Shown here piece by piece: positions 10,604 to 20,540 of a stretch of 64,000 bases of DNA. Within the stretch, counting starts at the first letter, position 1. The number at the start of each line of letters is the position of its first letter. The notes beneath the pieces were generated by a model, which worked only from the letters and a program-made list of their open reading frames with translations, did not search any database and was not told the origin of the DNA. The position numbers and the translations under genes are program-made. Origin of the DNA: Trebonia sp. (lineage in GTDB: Bacteria > Actinomycetota > Actinomycetes > Streptosporangiales > Streptosporangiaceae); NCBI GenBank assembly GCA_036501515.1, contig DASYAD010000395.1, positions 1,481-65,480 of the forward strand, in the 5' to 3' direction.

Positions 10604-11521
10604 GTGATGGGGCAGCGGCGCGACGGGCGTGAAGGCGGACAGGCGGGCCAGCTCCGGTTCCGGGCGGTGCGCCGCGTGGTGTCCCGCGTCGTCGAGCGGT
10701 TCTGGCGCGACCTCCGCGTCAAGGACCTGTACCAAAGCGGCAAGGACTTTGAGCTGATGAGCCGGTCCCTGGGGTTCGCCGCCCTGGCCATGCTCACCAT
10801 CTTCCCGCTGCTGGTCGTCGTCGCCGCCGTCGGCGCCGCCACCCATCGAGGCCTGGCCGTATGGGTTGTCTACGGCATGGGCCTGACCGGCTCCTCGGCG
10901 CGCGCGGTGGAACAGCTGTTTTCCGCGCCGGCCCGCGTCCTTGGCACGACCAGCTTCTTCAGCCTGGCGCTGGTCGCCGTCTTCGGGATAACGTTCGCCG
11001 GCAGCGTGCAGAACGCGTTCGAACGCGTGTGGGGCCTGCCCGCCGGCCCGTGGCACAAGATCTGGCGTCAGCTGGTCTGGCTGGCGGTGTTCGTCGGCTA
11101 CATCTACGCGGCGGCCAGCGTGGGCACGGTCACCCGCCACACGCCGTCCGAGACCGTGATCCGGGTGTCGGTGGCGGTAGTGCTCGGGGCCGTCTTCTTC
11201 TGGTGGGGACTGCGCTTCCTGGTCGGCGGCCGGGTGAAGTACCTGGCGGCGATGCCGGGCGCGGTGATCACGGTGGCGTTCCTGGCCGGCCTGCGGGCGT
11301 TCTCCGCCCTGGTCTTCCAGCCGCTTATCGTCGAGAACGCGGTCACCTACGGTTCCCTCGGCACCGTGCTGATCGTGCAGTCATGGCTCATCGGCGTCGG
11401 CTGGGTCATCTACGGCGGCCAGCTGTCCGGGCGCTGGTTCCACGACGCCTGGCTGCAGGCCTGGACGGAGAACCGCCGCCTCCGCAGGCAGTCAGAAGGC
11501 CAGGAGCAGGGCAAGGTATGA
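10604..11521 (+). CDS. YihY/BrkB-like membrane protein
   Basis: About six TM helices, QNAFERVWGL, YGSLGTVL motifs. Confidence 0.75.
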   Translation: MMGQRRDGREGGQAGQLRFRAVRRVVSRVVERFWRDLRVKDLYQSGKDFELMSRSLGFAALAMLTIFPLLVVVAAVGAATHRGLAVWVVYGMGLTGSSARAVEQLFSAPARVLGTTSFFSLALVAVFGITFAGSVQNAFERVWGLPAGPWHKIWRQLVWLAVFVGYIYAAASVGTVTRHTPSETVIRVSVAVVLGAVFFWWGLRFLVGGRVKYLAAMPGAVITVAFLAGLRAFSALVFQPLIVENAVTYGSLGTVLIVQSWLIGVGWVIYGGQLSGRWFHDAWLQAWTENRRLRRQSEGQEQGKV

Positions 11522-11604
11522 CTAGGCGGTCTCGCGGCGGCGGTGCGGTGCCCGCCCGCATAATGTGATGCGGGTCACGGGAACCCAGGGACAGGCCGGG
11601 CCAG

Positions 11605-12306
11605 TTGCTCAATGTGGACGATCCAACGGCGCAGTTGCGCGCACGTGCCCGGGCCGGGGATGCTGACGCGTTCGGCGCGGTCTTCGACGCGTGCGCCCAG
11701 TCGGTGTACAACCACGCCTTCCGGTTGACCGGCGACTGGTCGACGGCCGAGGAGGTGATGGCGATGACCTTCCTCGAAGCCTGGCGCGGCCGGGACAGCA
11801 TCTTGGCCGACGGCGGCTCGCTGCGGCCCTGGCTGCTCGGGATCGCCACCAACGTGGCCCGCGGGCTGCGCCGGACGGCAAGGCGGCACCGGGCCGCGCT
11901 GGCCCGGCTGGCCGTCGCCGACGAGTTGCCTGACTTCGCGGACGACGTGTCCGGCCGGCTGGACGACGTCGCGCGGATCAAGGCGCTGCACCAGGCGCTG
12001 GCCGGCCTGCCAGGTCCCGAGCTTGAGGTCCTCGCCCTCTGCGTCTGGTCCGGACTGAGCTACGCAGAGGCGGCCGAGGCCTTGCACGTCCCGGTCGGGA
12101 CGGTCCGCTCACGGCTCTCCCGTGCCCGCGCCAAGCTGGCCCGCCTGACCGACGCCGAGTTGCACCGGCCGGCTGGCCGCGCGGAGCGCCAGAAAACACG
12201 GGAACCAGCGGCCGCACCGGACCAGCTAGTGAACAGACCCGCAATCGCTGGTCTGTCCAGTCGGTCCGATATATCCGGCACGTCCGGTAAGGGGGCACGT
12301 CGATGA
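11605..12306 (+). CDS. ECF RNA polymerase sigma factor (start uncertain, possibly GTG 11614)
   Basis: AEEVMAMTFLEAWR, WLLGIATN, LSYAEAAEALHVPVGTVRSRLSRAR. Confidence 0.92.
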   Translation: MLNVDDPTAQLRARARAGDADAFGAVFDACAQSVYNHAFRLTGDWSTAEEVMAMTFLEAWRGRDSILADGGSLRPWLLGIATNVARGLRRTARRHRAALARLAVADELPDFADDVSGRLDDVARIKALHQALAGLPGPELEVLALCVWSGLSYAEAAEALHVPVGTVRSRLSRARAKLARLTDAELHRPAGRAERQKTREPAAAPDQLVNRPAIAGLSSRSDISGTSGKGARR

Positions 12307-13388
12307 ACGCTGAGCACGCAGATCTCGAGGCACGGTTCGCCGCTCCGCGGGAACGTGACCTGCCTCCCGGCCGACGCGAGCTGCACAGGGAGATCCTCAT
12401 GAACCACATGCTGACCGAGAGCGGGCAGGCGCCGGCCAGGCAGCGCCGTCCGAGCCGCCGGATGCTGGCCATCGGCGGCACGGCAGGCATCGGGATCGCC
12501 GCCGCCGCGGTGACGGTGGCGGTGGCGCTGACGCTGACGGCCACGTCGGCGTCCCGGCCTTCGGGGGCATCGGCCCACCAGCTGGCTGGCGGCCCCACCG
12601 CGGCGCAGCCGGCCACGGCCGCGGCCGGCTCGCCGCTCGTACTGCTCGCGGACCGCATCTCGGCCGGCGCGCACAAGCAGCCGGGGGACGCGACGCTGAT
12701 CTTCCGCAGCACGACATCGACCGATGGGCAGGCCTCAGGCAGCGGCTTTGACCTGTACACCGACAAGGGCCCGTACTACTGGGCGCCCGCCGAGAGCGGC
12801 CTTCCCGCGCAGATCGCCGCGCACCACAACCTCGGCGACGGCCTGTTCACCCGCGAGATAGCGGCGGCCGAGTACGCCGTCGACGGCAACCTCGCGACCG
12901 CCAGGGAGCGGATGGCGTTCGCGCCCGATCCCGCGAACGCGGGAAAGTCGGTGGCCGCCCAGATGTCCCCGGCCCTGCTCAAGGCGAAGGCCCGGCTCCT
13001 CGGCGTAAAGCCGGCGCCCGGGCAGTCGCTGGCCGCCGCCTACGACAAGGCGTTCACCGACAGCTGGGTCTGGGGCGACGCCACCGACGCGCTCGAAGCC
13101 GGGGCAGGCAATCCCCAGGTCCGGGCCGGCGTCCTCCGCCTGCTCTCGACGGTGTCGGGTGTCGTCGTCACCCACGGCACCCTCGACGGGCAGCCCGCGC
13201 TCGTGGTGAGCGACGTGACACCGGGCGCCAACGGCAACGGCAAGTCGGAAGCGACGATGACGCTCGACGCCAGCACCGGGATCCCGCTCAAGTACACCGA
13301 CGGTCAGGTCGGGCAGGCACCTGATTCCACGACCACGTACCAGGTCACCCGGGTGACGGTGGCCGGCATCGCGGCCGGCAAGTTGTAA
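12303..13388 (+). CDS. CU044_5270-like membrane-anchored putative anti-sigma factor
   Basis: ATGA overlap with sigma gene; PRERDLPPGR N-terminus, single TM, VRAGVLRLL..LDASTG. Confidence 0.7.
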   Translation: MNAEHADLEARFAAPRERDLPPGRRELHREILMNHMLTESGQAPARQRRPSRRMLAIGGTAGIGIAAAAVTVAVALTLTATSASRPSGASAHQLAGGPTAAQPATAAAGSPLVLLADRISAGAHKQPGDATLIFRSTTSTDGQASGSGFDLYTDKGPYYWAPAESGLPAQIAAHHNLGDGLFTREIAAAEYAVDGNLATARERMAFAPDPANAGKSVAAQMSPALLKAKARLLGVKPAPGQSLAAAYDKAFTDSWVWGDATDALEAGAGNPQVRAGVLRLLSTVSGVVVTHGTLDGQPALVVSDVTPGANGNGKSEATMTLDASTGIPLKYTDGQVGQAPDSTTTYQVTRVTVAGIAAGKL

Positions 13389-13389
13389 G

Positions 13390-14678
13390 TCAGTTGGTTC
13401 CGCCACGGGCGGGGAGGCCCTCTCCGGCAGTGACGGGGAGGTGCTCCTCCCCGTCACCGTGCGTTCCGGGGTCGCGACGGCGAGCAGGCAGGCAGCGGCA
13501 AGCACGCCGCCGGCCAGCGCGAACGCCGCCTGGTACGACGCGCTGTCCACGAGCAAGCCTGCTATGACCGGCCCGGTCACCGTGCCGGCGTCGCCGGCCA
13601 TCTGGAAGAACGCGACCAGGATGCCGTCTTGGCGGGCTTGGGTGCTGAGCAGGTCGCCTAGCATCGCCGACGGCGCGACGTCGAGCAGTCCCGAGCCGGC
13701 GCCGGCCACCGCGAGCGCGCCCAGGTAGGCCCACAGACCGGGCAGCACGGCGAGCAGCAGCAGGCCGGCCGCCGAGAGCGCGCAGCCCGCCACCATGACT
13801 GGCCGCCGCCCGAGCGTGTCCGCGACCCGGCCGGCGGGCAGCAGCGCCGCCCCGTTCAGGGCCGCGAACACCAGGAGCCCGATGCCCGTCCAGGTCGCTG
13901 AGCGGTGCAAGGAGTCGCGGACGAACAGCGGGATGATGGCGGTGCGGACGCCGAGCACGGCGAACCCGTCGGCGAAGGCCACCGCTGCGACCGCCCGGTA
14001 GGCACGGCTGCGCAGTGCCCCGGCCAGCGCGCCCAGGCTCTCCCGCGGGCTGGCCGCCGCCCGCTGACTCGCCGGAGACGCCGTCGGCTTGAACGCGGCC
14101 GCGGCGATGACCGCCGGAACCGCGAGCAGCGCGCCGTACAGGAAGAAGGGCGCGCGCAGCGACCAGGCAGCGACCACCCCGCCAAGCGCCGGGCCGGTGA
14201 TCCCGCCGAGCAGGAAACCGCCGGTGTACAGGCCGCTGGCCCGGCCCCGCTGGCTGTTCGGCACGCTCGCCAGCAGCAGTGCCTGGGCGCTGACGGAGAA
14301 CATGGCCGACCCGAGTCCGCCTACGCCGCGCAGCACCAGCAACTGGGCGAACGACTGCGAAAAGCCCGCGAGCACGCTGCTGGCCGCGACGACGGCGATG
14401 CCGGCCGCCATCACCCGCCGTGAGCCGAATCGGTCCACCAGCCGGCCGGCCGGCATCGCGAACGCGACCCGCATCAGCGCGAACGCGCTGATTACGGTGG
14501 CGGCAGCGGCGACGCTGACACCGAACTGGCGGGCAAAGGCGGGGATGCCCGGCGCCACGATCCCGTAGCCGAGCGCCACGGTGAACGACACCGCCGACAA
14601 GATCGCCACCTCGCGCGGCAGGCCGGCGAACGGGCCGCGCCCCGTTTTCGTGACGGCTGAAACGGGTGCAGTCGTCAT
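13390..14678 (-). CDS. MFS transporter with apparent 1-bp frameshift near the C-terminus
   Basis: GRLVDRFGSRR and GRVADTLGRR motif A; restoring one base at 13464-13465 gives ..APETHGD..GTN* ending at 13390. Confidence 0.8.
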
Positions 14679-14977
14679 GCCGTCGCGGTGCGCCTGGCAA
14701 TGACCCGCGCGAGCCAGCGCCGTGACCGTTCACCACGAGGTGGCAGGCGCGGGACGGTCCGGTGGGCCGGCAGCCGGTCGAACGGACCGCGGACAGGCAG
14801 GTCGGCGGTCAGCGCGAGCAGTTCCCAGAAATCCCGCGAGACGATGGCCTGCCCTACCCGCTGCTCGAACTCGTCCCTGGTCAGCCTGCCCTCGATGAAC
14901 GATTCCTGGAGGTTCGCAACGGCACGGTCGCGGTCGGCCACCGAGGCCGGCATGCGTGCCCGGCGGACGGCTGCCAT
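14675..14977 (-). CDS. DUF1707 (SHOCT-like) domain protein
   Basis: ASVADRDRAVANL..EGRLTRDEFEQR..LTADLP; ATGA overlap with MFS gene. Confidence 0.85.
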   Translation of the reverse strand: MAAVRRARMPASVADRDRAVANLQESFIEGRLTRDEFEQRVGQAIVSRDFWELLALTADLPVRGPFDRLPAHRTVPRLPPRGERSRRWLARVIARRTATA

Positions 14978-15040
14978 GATCCACCCCCAGCCTGGACATA
15001 ACCGGCCTTCGGCGCGGCCCGGCCATTCAGAGCATAAGCG

Positions 15041-15240
15041 CTACGGGCAGACCCGGGTGGCCGCGGTTAACGGCCTGCGCTTGGCGGATGCGGCAGCCGC
15101 CGCTTCCGAGGACCACTTGATCTCTAGCTCGAGCTCCGTATCGCCGTCTTTGATCTCGATTTCGAACTCAAAGGTTACTTTTTTCGATACATCGAACTCT
15201 AGCTTCTCGCCTCCGTGCTTAAGCTCGAACTCCGCACCAG
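15041..15240 (-). pseudogene. amphi-Trp domain protein remnant (no start codon)
   Basis: Minus strand reads AEFELKHGGEKLEFDVSKKVTFEFEIEIKDGDTELELEIKW..*; in-frame stop upstream before any start. Confidence 0.7.
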
Positions 15241-15546
15241 CGCCGAACTCGGGCGGAAGGCTACCGTCAGCTACGAATGATGACCGTCGTCGGGCGCGGA
15301 CGCCTCACCCGCCCCGAGTGAGCCCGCGGTCGAGCGGTTCAGGTCCAGAGCAGCCGCACTAGCTTGCCGCAAATGACTATTCTGGCCGCAAATACCGTCT
15401 TTTACCGGAGGCCTTGCGTTCAACTTTTATTAACCTTAAGTAAAGATTTAGGCCACGCTAGTGACGGGATGGCACGGGTGCGTCATACATGTCTGAGGCC
15501 GGCGTGAATACCGACGCCGGGCTGATTCCCGTCAGGAGGGCATAGC

Positions 15547-16449
15547 ATGACTAAATCCCCGGCAGACACCAGCGCCGCGGTCCCGGGTGAACGCGGCCGG
15601 CTGCGCCGTTCCGCGCCTCTCATCGCCGGGTCGCTGATCGCGGCGGCTGGCCTGGCTTTCGGGTCGGTAAGCGTGGCCAGCGCGCAGGCGGCCCGCCACT
15701 CGCCGCCGCCGTCGATCGCGCAGCAAGCCGCCAAGGTCAAGGCGCAGGACGCCTACACGCCGGCCGACGGGAACGCGGAACTGAACGTCAACGTGCTCGA
15801 GGACCAGGTAGAGCACTATTACGGGTCCGCCAGCGAAACCTTCCCCGGTGTCGGCGCGGTGACGGTGGCGTCCAGCACGAGCAACTACGCCAGGCAGATG
15901 AAGCAGATCGCGGCGGGGGCCGAGGCGTACCTCGCGCAAGCCGCCAGTCGCTACCACGGCCCGGGCAAGCCCGCCGTCGTCTTCGACATCGACGACACGC
16001 TGCTCAGCACCTACGACTACACCCTGGCCGAGCAGTTCGGCTACGACTCCGCCACCAACCAGGTCTGGATCGACGACGCGGCGTTCCCCGCGGTCTTCTA
16101 CATGCCGCAGCTGGTCACCTTCGCCGCCAAGCACGGATACGCGGTCTTCTATATCACCGGCCGGCCGCAGTCCCAGACCGCGGCCACAATCAAGGACCTG
16201 ACCAGCGCTGGGTACGCGGCGCCCGCGGCCGGGCACCTGTTCCTCAAGCCGTCGGCGCCGCCTGCTTACCTGCACTGCGCCGCCGCGCCGGCCTGCACCA
16301 CGACCGAGTACAAGTCAGGCACCCGCAAGTACATCTCCAGCCTCGGCTACACGATCGTCGCCGACTTCGGCGACCAGTACAGCGACCTGCTCGGCGGCGA
16401 CGCCGGGCACCAGGTCAAGCTGCCGAACCCGATGTACTACATCCCCTGA
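15547..16449 (+). CDS. secreted HAD-family (class B-like) acid phosphatase
   Basis: Signal peptide, VFDIDDT, ITGR, GDQYSDL, KLPNPMY; AGGAGG RBS. Confidence 0.9.
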   Translation: MTKSPADTSAAVPGERGRLRRSAPLIAGSLIAAAGLAFGSVSVASAQAARHSPPPSIAQQAAKVKAQDAYTPADGNAELNVNVLEDQVEHYYGSASETFPGVGAVTVASSTSNYARQMKQIAAGAEAYLAQAASRYHGPGKPAVVFDIDDTLLSTYDYTLAEQFGYDSATNQVWIDDAAFPAVFYMPQLVTFAAKHGYAVFYITGRPQSQTAATIKDLTSAGYAAPAAGHLFLKPSAPPAYLHCAAAPACTTTEYKSGTRKYISSLGYTIVADFGDQYSDLLGGDAGHQVKLPNPMYYIP

Positions 16450-16471
16450 CGATCAGGCAGCGGGAGCACGG

Positions 16472-16512
16472 CAACGGGCCGCCGGGGCTAAGCCGGCGGC
16501 CCGTTGTTCGTT
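16472..16512. terminator. intrinsic (probably bidirectional) terminator
   Basis: 14-bp perfect stem CAACGGGCCGCCGG/CCGGCGGCCCGTTG between convergent genes, followed by TTCGTT. Confidence 0.8.
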
Positions 16513-16543
16513 CCCGGCCGCAGGGCGGCAGCGCCGTCGCCGG

Positions 16544-17782
16544 TTATCCGTTCCACTCGTCCCGCAGCGAGGTCAGGGCGTCATGGAAACCGGGGAAGGT
16601 CTTCTTGACGCATCCCGGGTCGTCGAGGGTGATGCCCGGCGTCTTGAGTCCGGTGATGCTGAAGCTCATGGCGATCCGGTGGTCGCCGTGACAGGCGACA
16701 CGGGCGGGGCCAGGCTCTGCGGGCTGAATCTCGATCCAGTCCCGGCCGGTGCGGACGGGCACGCCCATCGCGGTCAGGTTCTGCGCGCACGCCTCCAGCC
16801 GGTCGCATTCCTTGACCCGGGTGTTGTAGACGTCCTCGATCCGGACCGGCCCGTCGGCGAACGGGGCGATCGCGGCGAGGGTCGGCACCGTGTCGGAGAT
16901 GTCGCGCATGTTGACCGTCACGCCGTGCAGCCGGCCGCGGGGGCCGGCGACCGTCACCGAGTCACCGCTCAGCTGGACGGAGGCACCCATCTGCCGGAGG
17001 ACCTCGGTGAACTTCAGGTCGCCTTGCAACGAGGCTGAGCCGAGCCCGGGAACGGTGACGCTGTGCCCGGTCAGAGCGGCGGCGGCCAGGAAGTAGCTGG
17101 CGGTGGAGGCGTCCGGTTCGATCAGGTAGTCGGTGGCCGTGTAGTCCTGCGACGGCACCTGGAAGGTGCTGCCCTCACGGCAGACCCCGACGCCGAAGCG
17201 TTCCATCATCGCCAGCGTGATCTCGACGTAAGGCGCCGAGACCAGGTCGGTGACGGTGATGTCGAGCCCCTTGGCGGTCAGCGGGCCGAGCAGCAGCAGC
17301 GCGGTCAGGAACTGGGAGGACAGTCCCGCGTCGAGGGTGACATCCCCGCCGGCGATCCCGTTCGCGCGGATGGTGAGCGGGTGATGGCCTTCCGCGCCCT
17401 CGTGGGTCAGTTCGACGCCGAGATCGCGCAGCGCCTGGGTCAGCGGGCCCAGGGGGCGGCGGCGCATCTGCTGGGAGGCGTCGAAATGGAAGACCCCGTG
17501 CCCGGCCGCGGCCAGTGCGGGCAGGAAACGCGCCGTGGTGGCTCCGTCGCGGCAGTAGACCGCGGCCTCGCTGGCCGGCGGACCTGCTGGCTGGCCGTCG
17601 ACCGTCCAGGCGTCCTGTTCTTGCGCGACGCGGTAGCCGAGCGCCCGGAGTCCTTCGACGAAACCCGCCGAATCGTCCGAGTACAGCGGGTACCTCAGCA
17701 CGGTGGTGCCCTGCGCGGCGGCGGCCAGGAACAGCGCCCGGGCGGTGATCGACTTCGACCCTGGGATCCTCACGACGGTCAT
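16544..17782 (-). CDS. aroA: EPSP synthase (3-phosphoshikimate 1-carboxyvinyltransferase), class IV/DGT-28-like
   Basis: PGSKSITAR, RDGATTARF, LSSQF, EPDASTASY, RVKECDRL, DHRIAMS, KKTFP. Confidence 0.95.
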   Translation of the reverse strand: MTVVRIPGSKSITARALFLAAAAQGTTVLRYPLYSDDSAGFVEGLRALGYRVAQEQDAWTVDGQPAGPPASEAAVYCRDGATTARFLPALAAAGHGVFHFDASQQMRRRPLGPLTQALRDLGVELTHEGAEGHHPLTIRANGIAGGDVTLDAGLSSQFLTALLLLGPLTAKGLDITVTDLVSAPYVEITLAMMERFGVGVCREGSTFQVPSQDYTATDYLIEPDASTASYFLAAAALTGHSVTVPGLGSASLQGDLKFTEVLRQMGASVQLSGDSVTVAGPRGRLHGVTVNMRDISDTVPTLAAIAPFADGPVRIEDVYNTRVKECDRLEACAQNLTAMGVPVRTGRDWIEIQPAEPGPARVACHGDHRIAMSFSITGLKTPGITLDDPGCVKKTFPGFHDALTSLRDEWNG

Positions 17783-18414
17783 GCCGTTGAGCCTACGGTC
17801 CCGCCGGCCAGGTCGGCGGCGACGGCGAGGAACCGGGTGCAGCGGGCGAACGTCTCCCCGATGTCACGTCCGGCGAGGCGCGCCTGGTAGGCGCGGTACC
17901 TGCTCAGCTCCCACTGCTGCGCGCGGGGCGGGAGCTCTTCGAGCTCAGGCTCTGGCAGCGGCTGCCATGTCCAGCCGGCCGCGCTGTCGTCGCCGTCGGC
18001 TCGGCGGACCAATTCGGCCGGGTCGACGGAACTGCCCAGCTGGTTGCGGACGTAGCGCAGGCCCTCCAGGGTCTCCTCGGTCTCCTCCCGCCGCCTGGCC
18101 TCGCTGGCCAGCGCTTTTTCGTAGTCGCGGGGGTGATAGCGGACCAGGGTGGCGTCGACGAGGGTCACCCACCACACGGTCTCCCCGACAGCGGCCCCCA
18201 AACGGGCCGGGTTCCAGCTATCCGCCGCCCCGAGCCTTTCCGCCGCTTCGGTCATCGCCGTGACTGACCAGTCGATCGCGACCGCGGGGGCCGCGGCGAC
18301 CCCGGCGTGCTCGCGGTTCCACGCCATCCGGCAACGGGCCGAGCAGAACCGGGCGTGCTCGCGCATCGGCGTGAACGGCGTCCCGCACTGCGCGCACTTC
18401 CGGTACTCGGCCAC
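17779..18414 (-). CDS. hypothetical protein with N-terminal Zn-ribbon
   Basis: CAQC..FCSARC motif; stop overlaps aroA start (ATGA). Confidence 0.7.
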   Translation of the reverse strand: MAEYRKCAQCGTPFTPMREHARFCSARCRMAWNREHAGVAAAPAVAIDWSVTAMTEAAERLGAADSWNPARLGAAVGETVWWVTLVDATLVRYHPRDYEKALASEARRREETEETLEGLRYVRNQLGSSVDPAELVRRADGDDSAAGWTWQPLPEPELEELPPRAQQWELSRYRAYQARLAGRDIGETFARCTRFLAVAADLAGGTVGSTA

Positions 18415-18606
18415 CGCTCGATGCTACGCGAGGCGGGACATCTCGCCCAGTTGCGCAGGTGACGCGTGCTTCGCCCGAAAGACATGTTTCGTTCATTTTC
18501 TGTTCATGTACAGGTCGGCGGAGTGTTTCCATACCCCCGTACCGTGCGGAAGGCGGGGACATGCGGGTACCCGGCCGGCGCGGCGCGTCTGGCAGTCACA
18601 CGGAAC

Positions 18607-19998
18607 ATGAACGGAATGCCAGTGTCCGAGACGCGGTCTCCAGCCCTGACCGGACCAGCCGACGAGACGGCGCTGGCGGGCCTGCGCAGGCGTGCCCTGC
18701 TGGTTTCCGGCATGGGGTTCTTCACCGACGCCTACGACTTGTTCGTGATCGGCATCGTGTCGACCCTGCTGAAGAGCCAGTGGCACCTCGGCACGAACCA
18801 GGTCGCGCTGCTCAACGCGGTCATGCTGGGGGCGGCGTTCCTCGGCGCGCTGGTCTTCGGCCGGCTGGCCGACGTGATCGGGCGCACCCGGGTGTACTGG
18901 ATGTCCGCCGCGCTGATGGTGGTGGCCGCGGTCGGCTCGGCGTTTTCCCCGTCGCTGATCGTGCTGGTCGTGTTCCGGTTCCTGCTTGGCTTCGGCGTGG
19001 GCGGCGATTACCCGGTCAGCGCCGTGCTGATGAGCGAGTATGCCCACCGCGCGAACCGCGGCCGCATGGTCGCCCTGGTCTTCTCCGCCCAGGCGGTCGG
19101 CCTGGTCGTCGGCCCGCTGCTCGCCCTGGCGCTCCTCGGCGGCGGAGCCGGCCCGGCGCTGACCTGGCGCCTGCTGCTTGGCCTGGGCGCGATCCCCGCG
19201 GCCGCCGCTGTCTGGTTGCGCAGGAAGATGCCAGAGCCGCCTCGTTTTCAGGGCAGCGCCGCCAGCCGCCCCCAGCACGGCAGCGCCGCGGCGGCCCCGG
19301 TCACGGGACTGCGGGCGTTCGCGGCCAGTCGCAGGCTTCTGGTCCTCCTGGCCGGCACCGCTGGCTGCTGGTTCCTGCTTGACTACGCCTACTACGGCAA
19401 CACGATCTCCACCCCGCAGATCATCACGCTCATCACGCCGCACGCCTCCCAGACCACGACGATCGCGATCCAGCTGGCGATCTTCACGGTTGCCGCGGTC
19501 CCGGGCTACCTGCTCGCCATCGCGCGGATGGACAGGTTCGGCCACCGCAGGCTCCAGCTGGCCGGTTTCATCATGATGGGCGCCTGCTTCGCCGTGATCG
19601 GCCTGGTCCCTGGCATGACGACGGCGGTCGCCCCGTTCCTGATCGCCTACGGGATCAGCTACTTCTTCACCGAGTTCGGCCCCAACGTGACGACGTTCGT
19701 GCTGCCCGGTGAGCTGTTCCCCACCCGGGTCCGCGCGACCGGGCACGGCATCTCGGCCGGCGTCGGCAAGCTCGGCGCGTTCATCGGCGTCTTCCTGTTC
19801 CCGGTCCTGCAAAGTTCCCTCGGGCTGCGCGGCACCCTGCTGCTCACCGCCGGCGTCTCGGTCCTGGGCGCGCTGCTTACCCTCGTCCTGCCCGAGCCGG
19901 CCGGCCGCAGCCTCGAAGAGATCTCCGGTGAGCACGACGTCATCGCCGCCGCCGAAGAGGTCGTCCACGCCACCGGGGAACCGTCCCGCGCCGCCTGA
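18607..19998 (+). CDS. MFS transporter, phosphate:H+ symporter (PHO84)-like
   Basis: GMGFFTDAYDLF, GGDYPVSAVLMSE, LLDYAYYG, FGPNVTTF, ELFPTRVRATGHGISA. Confidence 0.85.
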   Translation: MNGMPVSETRSPALTGPADETALAGLRRRALLVSGMGFFTDAYDLFVIGIVSTLLKSQWHLGTNQVALLNAVMLGAAFLGALVFGRLADVIGRTRVYWMSAALMVVAAVGSAFSPSLIVLVVFRFLLGFGVGGDYPVSAVLMSEYAHRANRGRMVALVFSAQAVGLVVGPLLALALLGGGAGPALTWRLLLGLGAIPAAAAVWLRRKMPEPPRFQGSAASRPQHGSAAAAPVTGLRAFAASRRLLVLLAGTAGCWFLLDYAYYGNTISTPQIITLITPHASQTTTIAIQLAIFTVAAVPGYLLAIARMDRFGHRRLQLAGFIMMGACFAVIGLVPGMTTAVAPFLIAYGISYFFTEFGPNVTTFVLPGELFPTRVRATGHGISAGVGKLGAFIGVFLFPVLQSSLGLRGTLLLTAGVSVLGALLTLVLPEPAGRSLEEISGEHDVIAAAEEVVHATGEPSRAA

Positions 19999-20037
19999 TA
20001 CCGCGCCCGCTCCGCCCGGTGTGCACCGGGTATGGAG

Positions 20038-20360
20038 TCATGCTGACTTCGGCTCATCCCAGATACGCACCTGCAGGACCGCCACGTAGCTGTCCGGCTG
20101 GACGGCTTCTACGGTGGCCCAGGCGAGCTGGCCCTGCGTCGTGCGGAAGCGGAAAGCGTCGCCTGTCTCCAGCCCTGCCGCCGCTTCGTAGGCGCCGTCG
20201 GTCGAAGCCGGGCTCGTGTAGTCGGCGCACAGGGCGTACGCGGAGTCCGGGCTGGCACCGGGCGGGTAGGCGTACATGCCGTCAGACGCGCGGATCACGT
20301 CTGACATCACCTCGCCCGCGTCGTGGTACAAATCGAAGCCGCCGGTGAGTCCGATTTGAC
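20038..20360 (-). pseudogene. C-terminal fragment of an unidentified protein
   Basis: GC3-rich open frame (FDLYHD..VLQVRIWD*) fused upstream to the DUF4276 fragment. Confidence 0.45.
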
Positions 20361-20540
20361 CCGCTCGATTCCACCAGTGATCGTGATCTTCCCTCGGGGT
20401 ATGCGCATGGGAGTTGGTGTGAGCAGACTTGGCACGCCGATTTCAGCCGCGATCCGGTGCAATAGCTTCGGGAGAGCAGGCACTTCACCGTCGCCCTCGA
20501 CGATCGAGGCCACAGTGGTCGGGGCCCATGCGGCGCTCAC
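20361..20540 (-). pseudogene. DUF4276/RloB-like (TOPRIM) N-terminal fragment
   Basis: VASIVEGDGEVPALPKLLHRIA; GTGA overlap with AAA fragment; homology lost after about 60 aa. Confidence 0.65.
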
